A program made the position numbers and the translations under genes. Shown here one piece after another: positions 48,114-58,303 of a stretch of DNA of 64,000 nt. Each line of letters starts with the position of its first letter. Positions within the stretch are counted from its first letter, which is position 1. The stretch is from Pyrinomonadaceae bacterium (GTDB lineage Bacteria; Acidobacteriota; Blastocatellia; Pyrinomonadales; Pyrinomonadaceae), in assembly GCA_046313635.1 (NCBI GenBank), contig JBKBYA010000002.1, forward strand, positions 288,001-352,000, given 5' to 3'. The notes under the pieces were generated by a model. That model was not told the origin of the DNA and did not search any database. It worked only from the letters and a program-made list of their open reading frames with translations.

Positions 48114-50414
48114 TCAACCGACGCGGGCCAAGCGAAATCGGGGACTTGCGAGTACGGTCTCGACCAGTCGCTTGGTCTCGGGCGAATCTCTTCGCTCGGT
48201 CAGGTATCTCTCGGCCTCTTGCCGCGCGTCGACGAGCAGCTCGTAGTCGCGAATGATGTTGCCGATCTTAAAGGTCGGCAGGCCCGACTGCTTGGTGCCG
48301 AGGATGTCGCCCTGGCCGCGGATCTCGAGGTCCTTTTCCGCGATGCGAAATCCGTCGTTAGTCTCCTCCATGATGCCGAGCCTCTCGCGTGCCGTCGCGG
48401 TGCGCTTGTCGCCGGTGAGGAGCACGCAAAAGCTCTGCTCCGATCCGCGTCCGACACGCCCGCGCAGCTGGTGAAGCTGCGAGAGTCCAAAGCGCTCGGC
48501 GTGCTCGATGACCATCAGCGAGGCATTCGGCACGTCGACGCCGACCTCGATGACCGTTGTCGAGACGAGTATCTGCAAACGCCCGGCGACAAAGTCCGAC
48601 ATCACCGCGTCCTTCTCGGCCGCTTTCATCCGGCCGTGCAGCAGGCCGACGCTGAACTCGGGAAAGACGCGGTCTCGCAGCTCCTCGTACATATCTTTCG
48701 CGGCCTTGAGATCCAGCTTTGCCGATTCTTCGATCAGCGGGTACACGACGTAGGCCTGGCGACCGAGCCTGATCTCGCGTTCGATGCCTTTATAGACGCC
48801 GTGCCGCTTGTCTTCGCCGACGACGACCGTCTTGACCGGCGTGCGGCCGGGCGGAAGTTCGTCGATCACCGAAACGTCGAGCTCGCCATAGACCGTCATC
48901 GCAAGCGAGCGCGGGATCGGCGTCGCGGTCATTACGAGTATGTCGGGGTTATAGCCGCGGCTCTGCAGTTCGGCACGCTGCATCACGCCGAAGCGGTGCT
49001 GCTCGTCGATCACCGCAAGCCCGAGACGGTCAAACTCGACGCCTTCCTGAATGAGGGCGTGCGTTCCGATCACGGCGTGGACCTCGCCGGCCGCCAGAGC
49101 TCTCACGATCTCGCGCTTGTCGGCGGCCCGCGTGCTGCCGGTCAGCACCTCGACCCGGTAGCCGCTGCCGTCAAAGAAACGCTTGGCGTTTCGGCCGTGC
49201 TGTTCAGCGAGGATCTCGGTCGGGGCCATCAACGCGGTCTGATATCCATTCTCCATCGCGGCAAACATCGCCGACAGCGCGACGATGGTCTTGCCGCTGC
49301 CGACGTCTCCCTGCACGAGCCTGTGCATCGGCGCGTCTGACCGCATATCTTCAAAGATCGTCTTGAGCACGCGGGCCTGAGCGGCGGTCAAGGTAAAAGG
49401 CACGAGCTCGAGCAGCCGCCGCTTGGTCGCGAGGCTGATCTCGATAACGGTACCTTTCGGCTCCTTTTTGCGTTCGCCGCGCTGGACGGCAAGTGCAAAG
49501 GACAGCCAAAAGAATTCTTCGAATATCAAACGCCTCTGCGCCGGGCTGCGAAACGCCTCGTACTCGAAAAGCGATTCGCCCTCGAGCGGGAAGTGAATGC
49601 GTTTGAGCGCGTCTGCGCGCGGTATGAGGTCATGCTTTTGGAGCATCTCGGCCGGGAGGTTGTCGGGCACCGTCGACTCGTCGAGCGATCCGGTGACGCT
49701 GTGCATGATCTCGCGGAGTCGTTTGGTTTGGAACGGGCCGAGCTTACGGTAAACGGGAACGCGCCGGCCGGTGTGTACGGTCGCAAATTCCGGGTCGCCA
49801 ACATCTTCGCTGAGCGCCTGGTCCTCCTTGCCGTCGTTTTCGCCGGAGAGATCGCCGTCCGCGGCGAAAAGATCTTTTACTTCCAGCGGCGGCAGTATCT
49901 CGAGCTCCTCGGGCTTTTGCGGCTTGAGCTGAAAGGTCTCTCGCCGCTCGTCAAATTCCCACTTGCCGTAGGCGACGAAGCGCGTGCCCCGTTTAAAGCG
50001 CTCTTCGTAATATCGGACGACGTGCGGCGCCTGACGGCCGGAGACAAACCACTTTACGAGAACCGGCTTGCTCAGCCGGCCGGCGTCGCCGCCCGTGATC
50101 TCAAAGATGTAAAGCGGAGGCTGGCGGGGATGACGATTCTTGCCGACCTGGTAGCCGACGGCGTTGCGGACGTTGATCTCGACCGAGGCCTCGATGCCGT
50201 CGTAGAGCCGGTCGACGGTGATGAGATTGGAGCGGTCCTCGTACCGCATCGGAAAATAGTTGAGCAGGTCCTCGACCGTGACGGCCGCCGCGTCGCGCGC
50301 GCCGGGCGTGACCTCGGCCACGGCGACGGCAAGCTTGCGCGACGTCGCCGCGGTGAGTTTGGCGATGCCGTGCCGGTAAAGCTCTGCGACCGGTGTCTGG
50401 AGACCGAGGCTCAT
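48114..50414 (-). CDS. recG: ATP-dependent DNA helicase RecG
   Basis: QGDVGSGKT, MAPTEILAEQH, DEQHRFG, MTATPIPRSL, LHQLRGRVGRG, DLEIRGQGD. Confidence 0.98.
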   Translation of the reverse strand: MSLGLQTPVAELYRHGIAKLTAATSRKLAVAVAEVTPGARDAAAVTVEDLLNYFPMRYEDRSNLITVDRLYDGIEASVEINVRNAVGYQVGKNRHPRQPPLYIFEITGGDAGRLSKPVLVKWFVSGRQAPHVVRYYEERFKRGTRFVAYGKWEFDERRETFQLKPQKPEELEILPPLEVKDLFAADGDLSGENDGKEDQALSEDVGDPEFATVHTGRRVPVYRKLGPFQTKRLREIMHSVTGSLDESTVPDNLPAEMLQKHDLIPRADALKRIHFPLEGESLFEYEAFRSPAQRRLIFEEFFWLSFALAVQRGERKKEPKGTVIEISLATKRRLLELVPFTLTAAQARVLKTIFEDMRSDAPMHRLVQGDVGSGKTIVALSAMFAAMENGYQTALMAPTEILAEQHGRNAKRFFDGSGYRVEVLTGSTRAADKREIVRALAAGEVHAVIGTHALIQEGVEFDRLGLAVIDEQHRFGVMQRAELQSRGYNPDILVMTATPIPRSLAMTVYGELDVSVIDELPPGRTPVKTVVVGEDKRHGVYKGIEREIRLGRQAYVVYPLIEESAKLDLKAAKDMYEELRDRVFPEFSVGLLHGRMKAAEKDAVMSDFVAGRLQILVSTTVIEVGVDVPNASLMVIEHAERFGLSQLHQLRGRVGRGSEQSFCVLLTGDKRTATARERLGIMEETNDGFRIAEKDLEIRGQGDILGTKQSGLPTFKIGNIIRDYELLVDARQEAERYLTERRDSPETKRLVETVLASPRFRLARVG

Positions 50415-50434
50415 CGCCCCGAGTGTAGCACAAC

Positions 50435-50461
50435 AAAAAGAGCAGGCCGGACGCCTGCTCT
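50435..50461 (-). terminator. Intrinsic terminator after clpX
   Basis: AAAAA-GAGCAGGC-CGGAC-GCCTGCTC (hairpin plus U-run on the minus strand). Confidence 0.8.
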
Positions 50462-50489
50462 CGGTACTTCTATGTTGTGTGATCGGTCG

Positions 50490-51734
50490 CTAGGCCGCCT
50501 CTTCCGAACGGCCGATGATCTCAAATACCGGGACCTTGCGTTCGACCATTTCCTTGGTGATGACGAGCTCCTTGACCTTTTTCTCGGTCGGCAGCACGTA
50601 CATCGAGTCGAGCAGGATCTCTTCCATTATCATCATCAGGCCGCGGGCGCCGACCTTGCGTTTGAAGGCCTCGGCGGCGATCGCACGCAGAGCTCCGTCG
50701 GTGAATTTGAGGCTGATGTTGTCAAACTCGAATTTGCGCTGGTACTGCTTGACGAGCGCGTTCTTGGGTTCGGTCAAGATCTTGATAAGCGCGTCCTCGT
50801 CGAGCGGCTCGAGCACGCCGAGGACCGGCAGGCGGCCGACGAATTCAGGGATCAGGCCGTAGTGGATGAGGTCCTCGGGCTGCAGGTTCTTGATCGATTC
50901 GCCGTGACGCTGCGCGCTCGATTTGACGTCGGCGCGGAAGCCGAGCGACTTATTGCGCAACCGACGCTCGACGACCTTTTCGAGCCCGATGAAGGCGCCG
51001 CCGCAGATAAAGAGAATGTTCGTCGTGTCGATCTGCTGAAAGTCCTGCTGCGGGTGCTTGCGGCCGCCGCCCGAAGGAATGTTTGCGACCGTGCCCTCGA
51101 GTATCTTGAGCAGCGCCTGCTGCACGCCCTCGCCCGAGACGTCGCGAGTGATCGACGGGTTGTCGTCCTTGCGGCAGATCTTGTCGATCTCGTCGATGTA
51201 GATGATGCCGTGCTGGGCCTTTTCGATATCGCCGCCGGCAGACTGCACGAGACGCAGCAGAATGTTTTCGACGTCCTCGCCGACATATCCGGCCTCGGTC
51301 AGGCTCGTCGCGTCGACGATGCAGAAGGGAACGCTCAGGATGCGCGCGAGCGTCTGGGCGAGCAGCGTCTTGCCCGTGCCGGTCGGACCGATCAAAAGGA
51401 TGTTCGACTTTTGCAGCTCGATGTCGCCCCGGCGTTTTGCGAGTTCGAGGCGCTTGTAATGCTGGTAGACCGCGACGGAGAGCCGCTTTTTGGATTCGTC
51501 CTGGCCGATAACGTACTCGTCGAGAAACGTCTTGATGTCTTGCGGCTTCGGCAGATTGGCCCGAGTGGTCGACGTTTCTGTACGCTCGTCATCGTTGATG
51601 ATCTCGTTGCAGATGTCGATGCACTCGTTGCAAACATAAACGCCCGGCCCGGCGATGAGTTTCTTCACGTCATTCTGCGACTTGCCGCAGAATGAGCAGC
51701 AGAGAAGTTCTTCGGGGCGTCTAAAATTTGCCAT
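50490..51734 (-). CDS. clpX: ATP-dependent Clp protease ATP-binding subunit ClpX
   Basis: CSFCGK zinc finger, [41 protein letters not shown] loop. Confidence 0.98.
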   Translation of the reverse strand: MANFRRPEELLCCSFCGKSQNDVKKLIAGPGVYVCNECIDICNEIINDDERTETSTTRANLPKPQDIKTFLDEYVIGQDESKKRLSVAVYQHYKRLELAKRRGDIELQKSNILLIGPTGTGKTLLAQTLARILSVPFCIVDATSLTEAGYVGEDVENILLRLVQSAGGDIEKAQHGIIYIDEIDKICRKDDNPSITRDVSGEGVQQALLKILEGTVANIPSGGGRKHPQQDFQQIDTTNILFICGGAFIGLEKVVERRLRNKSLGFRADVKSSAQRHGESIKNLQPEDLIHYGLIPEFVGRLPVLGVLEPLDEDALIKILTEPKNALVKQYQRKFEFDNISLKFTDGALRAIAAEAFKRKVGARGLMMIMEEILLDSMYVLPTEKKVKELVITKEMVERKVPVFEIIGRSEEAA

Positions 51735-51852
51735 ATCTGGGTAGTGCGAATTATGGAGAGTCTGACCTTACAACCGAGCAAATGAGAAAGGGTCCGCTCG
51801 AACTCAGATAAAGTTACTTCACGAGAGCGGACCCGGTCAAATTTTGCGCGAG

Positions 51853-52440
51853 CTACTTCTCGCGGTGTTCGATGACCTCGTCGATGAGGCCGTATTCTTT
51901 TGCCTGCTGCGGGTTGAGGATGCGGTCGCGCTCGACGTCCTTTTCGACCTGGTCAAACGACTGTCCGGTGTGATGCGCGATGATGCGCGACGTCATCTCG
52001 CGCATACGGAGGATCTCTTCTGCCATGATCCGCACGTCGGTCGCCTGCCCCTGAGCACCGCCCGACGGCTGGTGGATCAGGATGCGCGAATGCGGCAGCG
52101 CGAACCGCTTGCCCTTGGCACCGGCGGTCAGCAGCAGGGCGCCCATCGACGCGCACTGCCCGACACAGATCGTCGTCACATCGTTCTTGATGAACTGCAT
52201 CGTGTCATAGATCGCCATGCCCGCGGTGATCGATCCGCCCGGGCTGTTGATATAGAGATTGATGTCGCGCTCGGGGTCTTCGGCCTCAAGAAAGAGAAGC
52301 TGCGCGACGATAAGGTTAGCGATCGTGTCGTCGATCGGCGTGCCGATAAAGATGATGCTGTCCTTGAGCAGACGCGAATAGATGTCAAAGGCCCTCTCGC
52401 CTCGCGACGTCTGCTCTACAACCATTGGAACTAATGCCAT
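51853..52440 (-). CDS. clpP: ATP-dependent Clp protease proteolytic subunit
   Basis: [23 protein letters not shown]. Confidence 0.98.
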   Translation of the reverse strand: MALVPMVVEQTSRGERAFDIYSRLLKDSIIFIGTPIDDTIANLIVAQLLFLEAEDPERDINLYINSPGGSITAGMAIYDTMQFIKNDVTTICVGQCASMGALLLTAGAKGKRFALPHSRILIHQPSGGAQGQATDVRIMAEEILRMREMTSRIIAHHTGQSFDQVEKDVERDRILNPQQAKEYGLIDEVIEHREK

Positions 52441-52476
52441 AGTTTTGTTTCTATCCTCTTAGCTAGCTCTGTAGTA

Positions 52477-53955
52477 TCAGCCCTCGGATCTGGCCGACTT
52501 CTTTCTCGGTTTTTTGGGTTCGTCGCCCGCGGCCTTTTTGGCCGAAGCGGCCTTGGGCTTTGCGGCTTTCTTCGGCTTCTCCTTCTTTTCGTTTTCCGCG
52601 GCCGACGACTCGCTCTCCTCCGCGGAGACCTGCGTCTCCTCGATCCATTCGCCCTCGGTCACCTTCGCCTTGCTGACAAGTGCCTCGACGGTCTTGCGCG
52701 TGCGAAGGTTGTTTTTGATGCTCTCGAGACCGTTCTGCTGCTTCGAGAGAATGTCACGCAGCTGCTCGACGTCGGTGCGGTAATACTCGGCCATCTTGCG
52801 GAGTTCGTCATTGAGGTCGTCGTCGGTGACCTCGACGTTCTCGAGCTGTCCGATCTTTTCGAGCAGCAGCGCTCCGCGGACGTCGCGCTCGGCCTGCGTC
52901 TGCATCTGCTGGTAGGCCATCTGCACAAAGTCGTTCTCGACCTTGTTGAGATCGACGCCGCGCTCCTGCAGATCGCGTGCAAAATTATTGAGCAGGCTGC
53001 GGGCCTGAGACTCGATCAGAGCGCGCGGGATGTCGATCGGATTTTGCTCGATCAGTTTCGCGATCGCGTTGTTGCGTACGCGGGCGTCCGCGTCGGCCGC
53101 GGCATATTGCTCGAGGTCGGCGCGAAGCTTCTTGCGCAGATCGTCGAGCGACTCGTAGCCTTCGTCGAGGCTCTTGGCCCACTCGTCGTTGGCCTCGGGC
53201 GTCTCGCTGACGCCGACAGATCTCACCTTTGCCTTGTAATGAACGGTCTTGCCGGCGAGTGCCGGCGAAGAGAAATCGTCGGGGTACGAGACCGTGAACT
53301 CTTTTTCTTCGTCGACGGTCACGCCGACGAGATTTTCGGTAAAGGACTTTTCGATCACCTCGTCGCCGAGCGTGACCTCGAGGTCGTCGGCCTTGATCGG
53401 CTCCGCCGTCGGATCGTCGTCAAACCTGCCTTCGAGATCGACGACCACCGTATCGCCGATCTGGGACGGACGCCCCTCGACAGGGATAAGCGCGGTCTCT
53501 TTCTGCAAACGGTTGGCGATGATGTCCTCGATCTCGCCGTCCTCGACGGGCTTGACGCGGCGAACGACCTCGAGCCCTTCGTAATTCGGTGCGGCGATCT
53601 CGGGCATCACTTCGAAATGTATCTCAAAGTTAAGCGGCTGCGCGCCGTCTATCGAGACGCTCTCAGCGTTGTCGAGATGCAGGTGCGGCTCGGTCAGAGG
53701 CTGCTGGTTATGCTCGGCGATGGCCTGTGCTGCGGCGGCCGAGACGACCTGCTGTAGCACTTCGCCGCGGATCTCGTCCTTAAATCGCAAACGAACGACC
53801 TCGAGCGGAGCATTGCCCTTGCGAAAGCCGGGAACGTTTGCCCGTCCCGCAAATTTGCGGCTCACGCTGTTGTACGCTTCCTTCAGCGACGCCGGCTCGA
53901 CAGTGACCGAGATCTTTCGCTCGGTCGGTGAAATTTCCTGTAATTCGCTCTTCAT
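52477..53955 (-). CDS. tig: Trigger factor
   Basis: PGFRKG signature, FKBP-like domain, located upstream of clpP-clpX. Confidence 0.95.
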   Translation of the reverse strand: MKSELQEISPTERKISVTVEPASLKEAYNSVSRKFAGRANVPGFRKGNAPLEVVRLRFKDEIRGEVLQQVVSAAAAQAIAEHNQQPLTEPHLHLDNAESVSIDGAQPLNFEIHFEVMPEIAAPNYEGLEVVRRVKPVEDGEIEDIIANRLQKETALIPVEGRPSQIGDTVVVDLEGRFDDDPTAEPIKADDLEVTLGDEVIEKSFTENLVGVTVDEEKEFTVSYPDDFSSPALAGKTVHYKAKVRSVGVSETPEANDEWAKSLDEGYESLDDLRKKLRADLEQYAAADADARVRNNAIAKLIEQNPIDIPRALIESQARSLLNNFARDLQERGVDLNKVENDFVQMAYQQMQTQAERDVRGALLLEKIGQLENVEVTDDDLNDELRKMAEYYRTDVEQLRDILSKQQNGLESIKNNLRTRKTVEALVSKAKVTEGEWIEETQVSAEESESSAAENEKKEKPKKAAKPKAASAKKAAGDEPKKPRKKSARSEG

Positions 53956-54001
53956 TTACAGAAAAAAGGATAGCTAAAGGGGATTTGAATGTCGAACGGG
54001 T

Positions 54002-54169
54002 GGAAGTAGACGGTAGTTGGAAGTAGACGGTAGTCGGTAGACAGTAGTCGGTAGACGGATGCTTGCAGCTCGGGGGGCGAACATGGAAAAAGAAATGGCC
54101 GCGATCAATGCTTGATGATCAACGGCCGACTTTCTTCTACTGACTACTGGCTGCCGCCTGCTGACTACT
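54002..54169. repeat. Inverted pair of heptamer arrays (GTAGACG/GTAGTCG versus CTACTGA-type) bracketing a terminator-like hairpin
   Basis: GTAGACG GTAGTCG GTAGACA GTAGTCG GTAGACG at 54023-54057, CTACTGA CTACTGG CTGCCGC CTGCTGA CTACT at 54137-54169. GGCCGCGATCAATGC/GATCAACGGCC hairpin with an A-run lies between them. Confidence 0.8.
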
Positions 54170-54176
54170 CAATTCC

Positions 54177-54261
<85 letters not shown>

Positions 54262-54267
54262 GTTTCG

Positions 54268-54317
54268 ATTGCGGAATGCGGAGTGCGGATTGCGGAATGT
54301 GACGCATCGGCACTTCG
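54268..54317. repeat. Heptamer array upstream of tRNA-Leu
   Basis: ATTGCGG AATGCGG AGTGCGG ATTGCGG AATGTG, then a degenerate complementary remnant. Confidence 0.8.
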
Positions 54318-54363
54318 TTTCCACCAAAAATCTAACGAATGGCAGCGTCGATGTCTAGCCCGA

Positions 54364-54627
54364 CTACTTGTTCAGATACTTCCGTTTGTGCTCTTCCCAC
54401 GAGAGGTCGTACGCGCCGTCGTCGATGTAGCCGCCAGCGGCTCCGGGGCCGACGTACTTGTCCTCGGCCTTTCTAAAGAGCCGATACGCGCCGTAGCCGC
54501 CGGCTGCGAGCAGGCCGATCCAAAAGCCGTACCAGAGCAGCGTGCCGATCAGCCCGAGCAGCCACGACAGCAGCATAAAGCCGAATATCACGCCGAGGAA
54601 AATCAGAATGAGCTTGATAAAGTTCAT
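54364..54627 (-). CDS. Small two-TM membrane protein
   Basis: GGAGG RBS, two hydrophobic helices. Confidence 0.75.
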   Translation of the reverse strand: MNFIKLILIFLGVIFGFMLLSWLLGLIGTLLWYGFWIGLLAAGGYGAYRLFRKAEDKYVGPGAAGGYIDDGAYDLSWEEHKRKYLNK

Positions 54628-54772
54628 CGTGTCAAACCTCCGATGCCTAGCTTATACGAAACGCGTTCGAGGTTGTTCGTCCAAAATTCTGCCGTATCGT
54701 ATAATCCAGACTCGACCGCTGCGGAGCGCGAGATGACTCATCGATCGGCCGCTGCGGTCCCGCAAGAAACGC

Positions 54773-56272
54773 TTGGAAAATACAAACAAAGTAGACATCG
54801 ATTCGATCGCCGAGCGGCTCGGCTCTCAGGCATACGGTGACGGCTCGACCGAGGTCGTCGACGTGACGCACGATTCGCGCCAGGCCGGCGATGGAACGCT
54901 CTTCGCGGCGATCAAGGGCCTGACGGTCGACGGTCACCGATTCATCGACGACGTGATGCGCCGCGGGGCGGCGGGCGTCATCTCGGAGAGCGAGCCGCCG
55001 GTGGGCTTCACGGGGGCATGGATAAAGGTCGCGGACGCCCGCGAGGCGCTCGCCCGCGCGGCGGCGTTCGTTAACGCCGACCCTTCGCACGAGCTCGATC
55101 TGGTCGGCGTGACCGGCACCAACGGCAAGACGACGACGACCTACCTGTGCTGCGCGCTGGCCGAGGCGGCCGGCGTCAAGCCCGCGATGCTGACCACGGT
55201 CGAATATCGTATCGGCGAACGTTCGGAGCCGGCCGTGCGGACGACGCCCGAGGCTTCGGACACAAACAGATTCTTGCGCCGAGCGGTCGACGAAGGCTGC
55301 GGAATGGCCGCGATGGAGGCGTCGTCGCAGGCGCTCGATCTTAGGCGCTGCGACTGGCTGCGCTTTCGCGTCGCTGTCTTTACAAATCTCACGCAGGACC
55401 ATCTCGATTATCACGGCACGATGGAGAATTACTTCGATGCCAAAAAGCGCCTCTTTGACGGCCGGCTCGGCGAACCGCCCGCGGCCAGCGTGATAAATGT
55501 CGACGACGCCTGGGGCCGCAGGCTCGCCGATGAGCTGCGCTCGGCCGGCCGGCGCGTCGTGACCTACGCGCTGGACTCGGCGGCGGACCTGACCGCGTAC
55601 GAGGTCGAGGTATCGCTTTTGAAGGGAACGTCGTTCCTGTTGCGCACGCCGCTCGGCGAACGCCGCATCTCGTCACCGCTCGTCGGCCGACCGCACGTCT
55701 ACAATATGCTCGCGTCGGCGGCGTCGGCGATCGAGCTCGGCTATTCGCTTGACGCGATCGACAAAGGTCTCGCACGCTGCATCGGAGCTCCGGGTCGATT
55801 TGAGCGCGTTCCGAACGACGGCGATCTTGCGGTCGTCGTCGACTACGCGCATACCGACGACGCTCTGCTCAACACGCTTCGAACGGCGCGGCCGCTGACC
55901 GCGGGCCGCATCATCACGGTCTTTGGCTGCGGCGGCGACCGCGACAAGACAAAGCGGGCGCCGATGGGCCGCGTCGCCGGCAGCGAGAGCGATCTCGTCT
56001 TTGTCACGTCGGACAATCCGCGGACCGAAGATCCGCTAAAGATAATTCAGGAGATCGAAGCGGGCATTCGAGAGACGGGCGTCGATTTTCGTTCGATACC
56101 CGACCGCCGCGAGGCGATCTGCGCGGCGGTGCTCGAGGCGAGACCGGGCGATCTTGTGATCATCGCCGGCAAGGGACACGAGAATTATCAGATCGTCGGG
56201 AATGAGAAGTATCACTTCGACGACCGCGAGGTAGCTGCGGAAGCTCTGCAGCGGCGCAGAGATCTCGTCTAG
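54773..56272 (+). CDS. murE: UDP-N-acetylmuramoyl-L-alanyl-D-glutamate--2,6-diaminopimelate ligase
   Basis: GVTGTNGKTT, TTPE, MEASS, DHLDYH, VDYAHT, GCGGDRD, DNPR (mDAP-type), AGKGHE. Confidence 0.96.
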   Translation: MENTNKVDIDSIAERLGSQAYGDGSTEVVDVTHDSRQAGDGTLFAAIKGLTVDGHRFIDDVMRRGAAGVISESEPPVGFTGAWIKVADAREALARAAAFVNADPSHELDLVGVTGTNGKTTTTYLCCALAEAAGVKPAMLTTVEYRIGERSEPAVRTTPEASDTNRFLRRAVDEGCGMAAMEASSQALDLRRCDWLRFRVAVFTNLTQDHLDYHGTMENYFDAKKRLFDGRLGEPPAASVINVDDAWGRRLADELRSAGRRVVTYALDSAADLTAYEVEVSLLKGTSFLLRTPLGERRISSPLVGRPHVYNMLASAASAIELGYSLDAIDKGLARCIGAPGRFERVPNDGDLAVVVDYAHTDDALLNTLRTARPLTAGRIITVFGCGGDRDKTKRAPMGRVAGSESDLVFVTSDNPRTEDPLKIIQEIEAGIRETGVDFRSIPDRREAICAAVLEARPGDLVIIAGKGHENYQIVGNEKYHFDDREVAAEALQRRRDLV

Positions 56273-56604
56273 CTGCCCTCGATGCGGTCGATGTATCGAT
56301 TGATCGAGTCGCGCTGCTCCTGAGAAAGGTCTGTAAATCTGACGCCGAAGCCGATATCGAAGGCAAAGTTTGCGACCTCGGCCGTAAAAGCCTCTCGGCC
56401 GAGATCGCCGAGCGAGAAGTCGATCGAGATCCGGTCGCCGTCGTCCACATCGCCGTCGGTCAGGATGTAGCAGCCCGTCCGGCTGATATCGTTGATCGTG
56501 CCGCCAAACCTGCCTGACGGACCTTCCCACTCGACGTCAAACGAGACCCGATAGCGCGAATGCCTTCGCCGGTCGCCGCCTTTCCTTCTTTCGATGATCT
56601 GCAT
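56269..56604 (-). CDS. PilZ domain protein
   Basis: RRRHSR (RxxxR) and DISRTG (DxSxxG) c-di-GMP-binding motifs. Confidence 0.88.
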   Translation of the reverse strand: MQIIERRKGGDRRRHSRYRVSFDVEWEGPSGRFGGTINDISRTGCYILTDGDVDDGDRISIDFSLGDLGREAFTAEVANFAFDIGFGVRFTDLSQEQRDSINRYIDRIEGS

Positions 56605-56622
56605 TTTTAGGAGAAGCAAGAT

Positions 56623-58098
56623 CTAACTGTCACGGCCGCCGGGCGGCATCGAGCCGCGCGCTCCGCTCAGATAGTAGACCGGGAGCCCGAGGGCGATAAG
56701 TACGATGCCGATGATCGATTGCAGCGGATCGTTGACGATCGTGCTGTAGAGCAGCGCCGCGGTCGCCAGCAGAAAGAGCGCCGGCATTACCGGGTAGCCC
56801 CAGGCGCGATACGGCCGCACGGCGTCGGGGTATCGCCTGCGAAAAACGAAGATCGACGATGTTATCAGTCCGTAAAAGATCCAAAGGCAAAAGACCACGT
56901 AATTCGTCAGCGTGTCGAACGAGCCCGACAGGGCCAGCACTATCGCGATCGCGCCCTGAAACAGCAGAGCCGGTACGGGCACATTGTTGATCGAGAGACG
57001 GCCCAGCACACTCGGCATAAGACCGTCGTGCGCGAGAGCATAGGGAATGCGAGATCCGCCGAGGATCGACGTGTGCAGCGTGCCAAGCGACGACAGCATC
57101 AGTCCGACCGTAAAGATCGAAACGGCGAGCCCCGTCGCAAACTTTGTGATGTCGCCGCCAAAGAATCGGCTAACCACCTCGCGTGCGACCGACGAATCTT
57201 TTGAGACCGAGGCGACCGTTACCGGATCGAGCACGTAGTAGTAGCCGATGTGGACGACGACGTACAGCAGGATCACGGCTACGGTACTGCCGATAATGGC
57301 AAGCGGAATATTTCGATTCGGATCTTTGACCTCGCCGGCGACGAAGGTCAGGTTGTTCCAGCCCTCGTATCCCCAGAGAGCTCCGAGCATCGCCGCGGCA
57401 AAACCGGCGGCAAAGCTGTAGTTGGCAGAGTTGTAATTGACCGCGTCCGAGACGTTCTCGCACGTGCCGCCGGCGGCGGTCAATGCATAGTTAGAGAATG
57501 TTCCCGTCACCCAGATGAACGCACCGACCCCGACGAAGACGATCAGCGCGATCTTGACGGCGGTCAGCACCGTCGCGATCTTGCCGCTCAATGCGACGGA
57601 CGCGCAGTTGAGCGTCGTGAAGATAAGTATGACCATCACGGCGACGAGGTGGATCATCGTCACCTCGAATGCGTGACCCAAGATCGTCGTATTGAGAAAT
57701 ACGACCTGCTCGAGCTGATGCCCGCCGATGAAATCGTTAAGCCCGATCGCGAATCCCATCCCAAGCGCGGCCTGGCTGCCCGGCTTTCCGATCAGCATCT
57801 GCATCCACCCGTAGAGGAAGCTCGTGACCCGTCCGTACGAGTCGCGCAGGAAGACGTACTCCGCGCCGGCCACCGGCTTCATAGCAGTCAGCTCGGCATA
57901 GGTCAGGGCACCGGCAAGCGAGAGCAGACCGGCGGCAACCCAGACGGCGATGACCCAGCCGGGCGTGCCGACGTTGCAGGTCATCACGCGCGCCTTGAGA
58001 AAGACGCCCGTGCCGATGACGTTGCCGATGATGACCGAAATGGCGGCGAGGAGACCGAGGCCGCGGACAAGGGTTCGCGTGTTGTTTGCAGGGATCAT
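56623..58098 (-). CDS. APC family amino acid permease
   Basis: IGNVIGTGVF, GALTYAEL, LWGYEGW, GEVKDPNRNIP, RPYRAWGYP. Confidence 0.92.
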   Translation of the reverse strand: MIPANNTRTLVRGLGLLAAISVIIGNVIGTGVFLKARVMTCNVGTPGWVIAVWVAAGLLSLAGALTYAELTAMKPVAGAEYVFLRDSYGRVTSFLYGWMQMLIGKPGSQAALGMGFAIGLNDFIGGHQLEQVVFLNTTILGHAFEVTMIHLVAVMVILIFTTLNCASVALSGKIATVLTAVKIALIVFVGVGAFIWVTGTFSNYALTAAGGTCENVSDAVNYNSANYSFAAGFAAAMLGALWGYEGWNNLTFVAGEVKDPNRNIPLAIIGSTVAVILLYVVVHIGYYYVLDPVTVASVSKDSSVAREVVSRFFGGDITKFATGLAVSIFTVGLMLSSLGTLHTSILGGSRIPYALAHDGLMPSVLGRLSINNVPVPALLFQGAIAIVLALSGSFDTLTNYVVFCLWIFYGLITSSIFVFRRRYPDAVRPYRAWGYPVMPALFLLATAALLYSTIVNDPLQSIIGIVLIALGLPVYYLSGARGSMPPGGRDS

Positions 58099-58303
58099 AG
58101 TGTGCCGGCGAGCTGTTTCGAATCATCTTACGCGAGTTGGCGAATGGCACAAAATAAAACCGTGCCGAGACACATCCTGCCCCAGATCGCCGGCATGGTC
58201 GCCCGACAGTTCGCTGTGATAGTGTGAAGGCGCCGTGGATTTGGCCGGGACGATCTGAGCAGAAAGATGCCGGTCGATCCGGTCGGTCGGCTTCTCGAGT
58301 CTA

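Noticed and set aside
49593..51695. 700-aa + strand ORF, and other long antisense ORFs (24986-26284, 18209-19708, 7124-8287, 21971-23029, 58301-59497)
   Set aside because: They are antisense shadows of well-supported genes (clpX/recG, amidohydrolase, feoB and others), as expected in GC-rich DNA. They have no motifs of their own.
58145..58167. GGCAC-N11-GTGCC palindrome or sigma54-like TGGCAC between the permease and pabB
   Set aside because: There is no -12 TTGC element, and a 5-bp inverted repeat is too short to support in GC-rich DNA.
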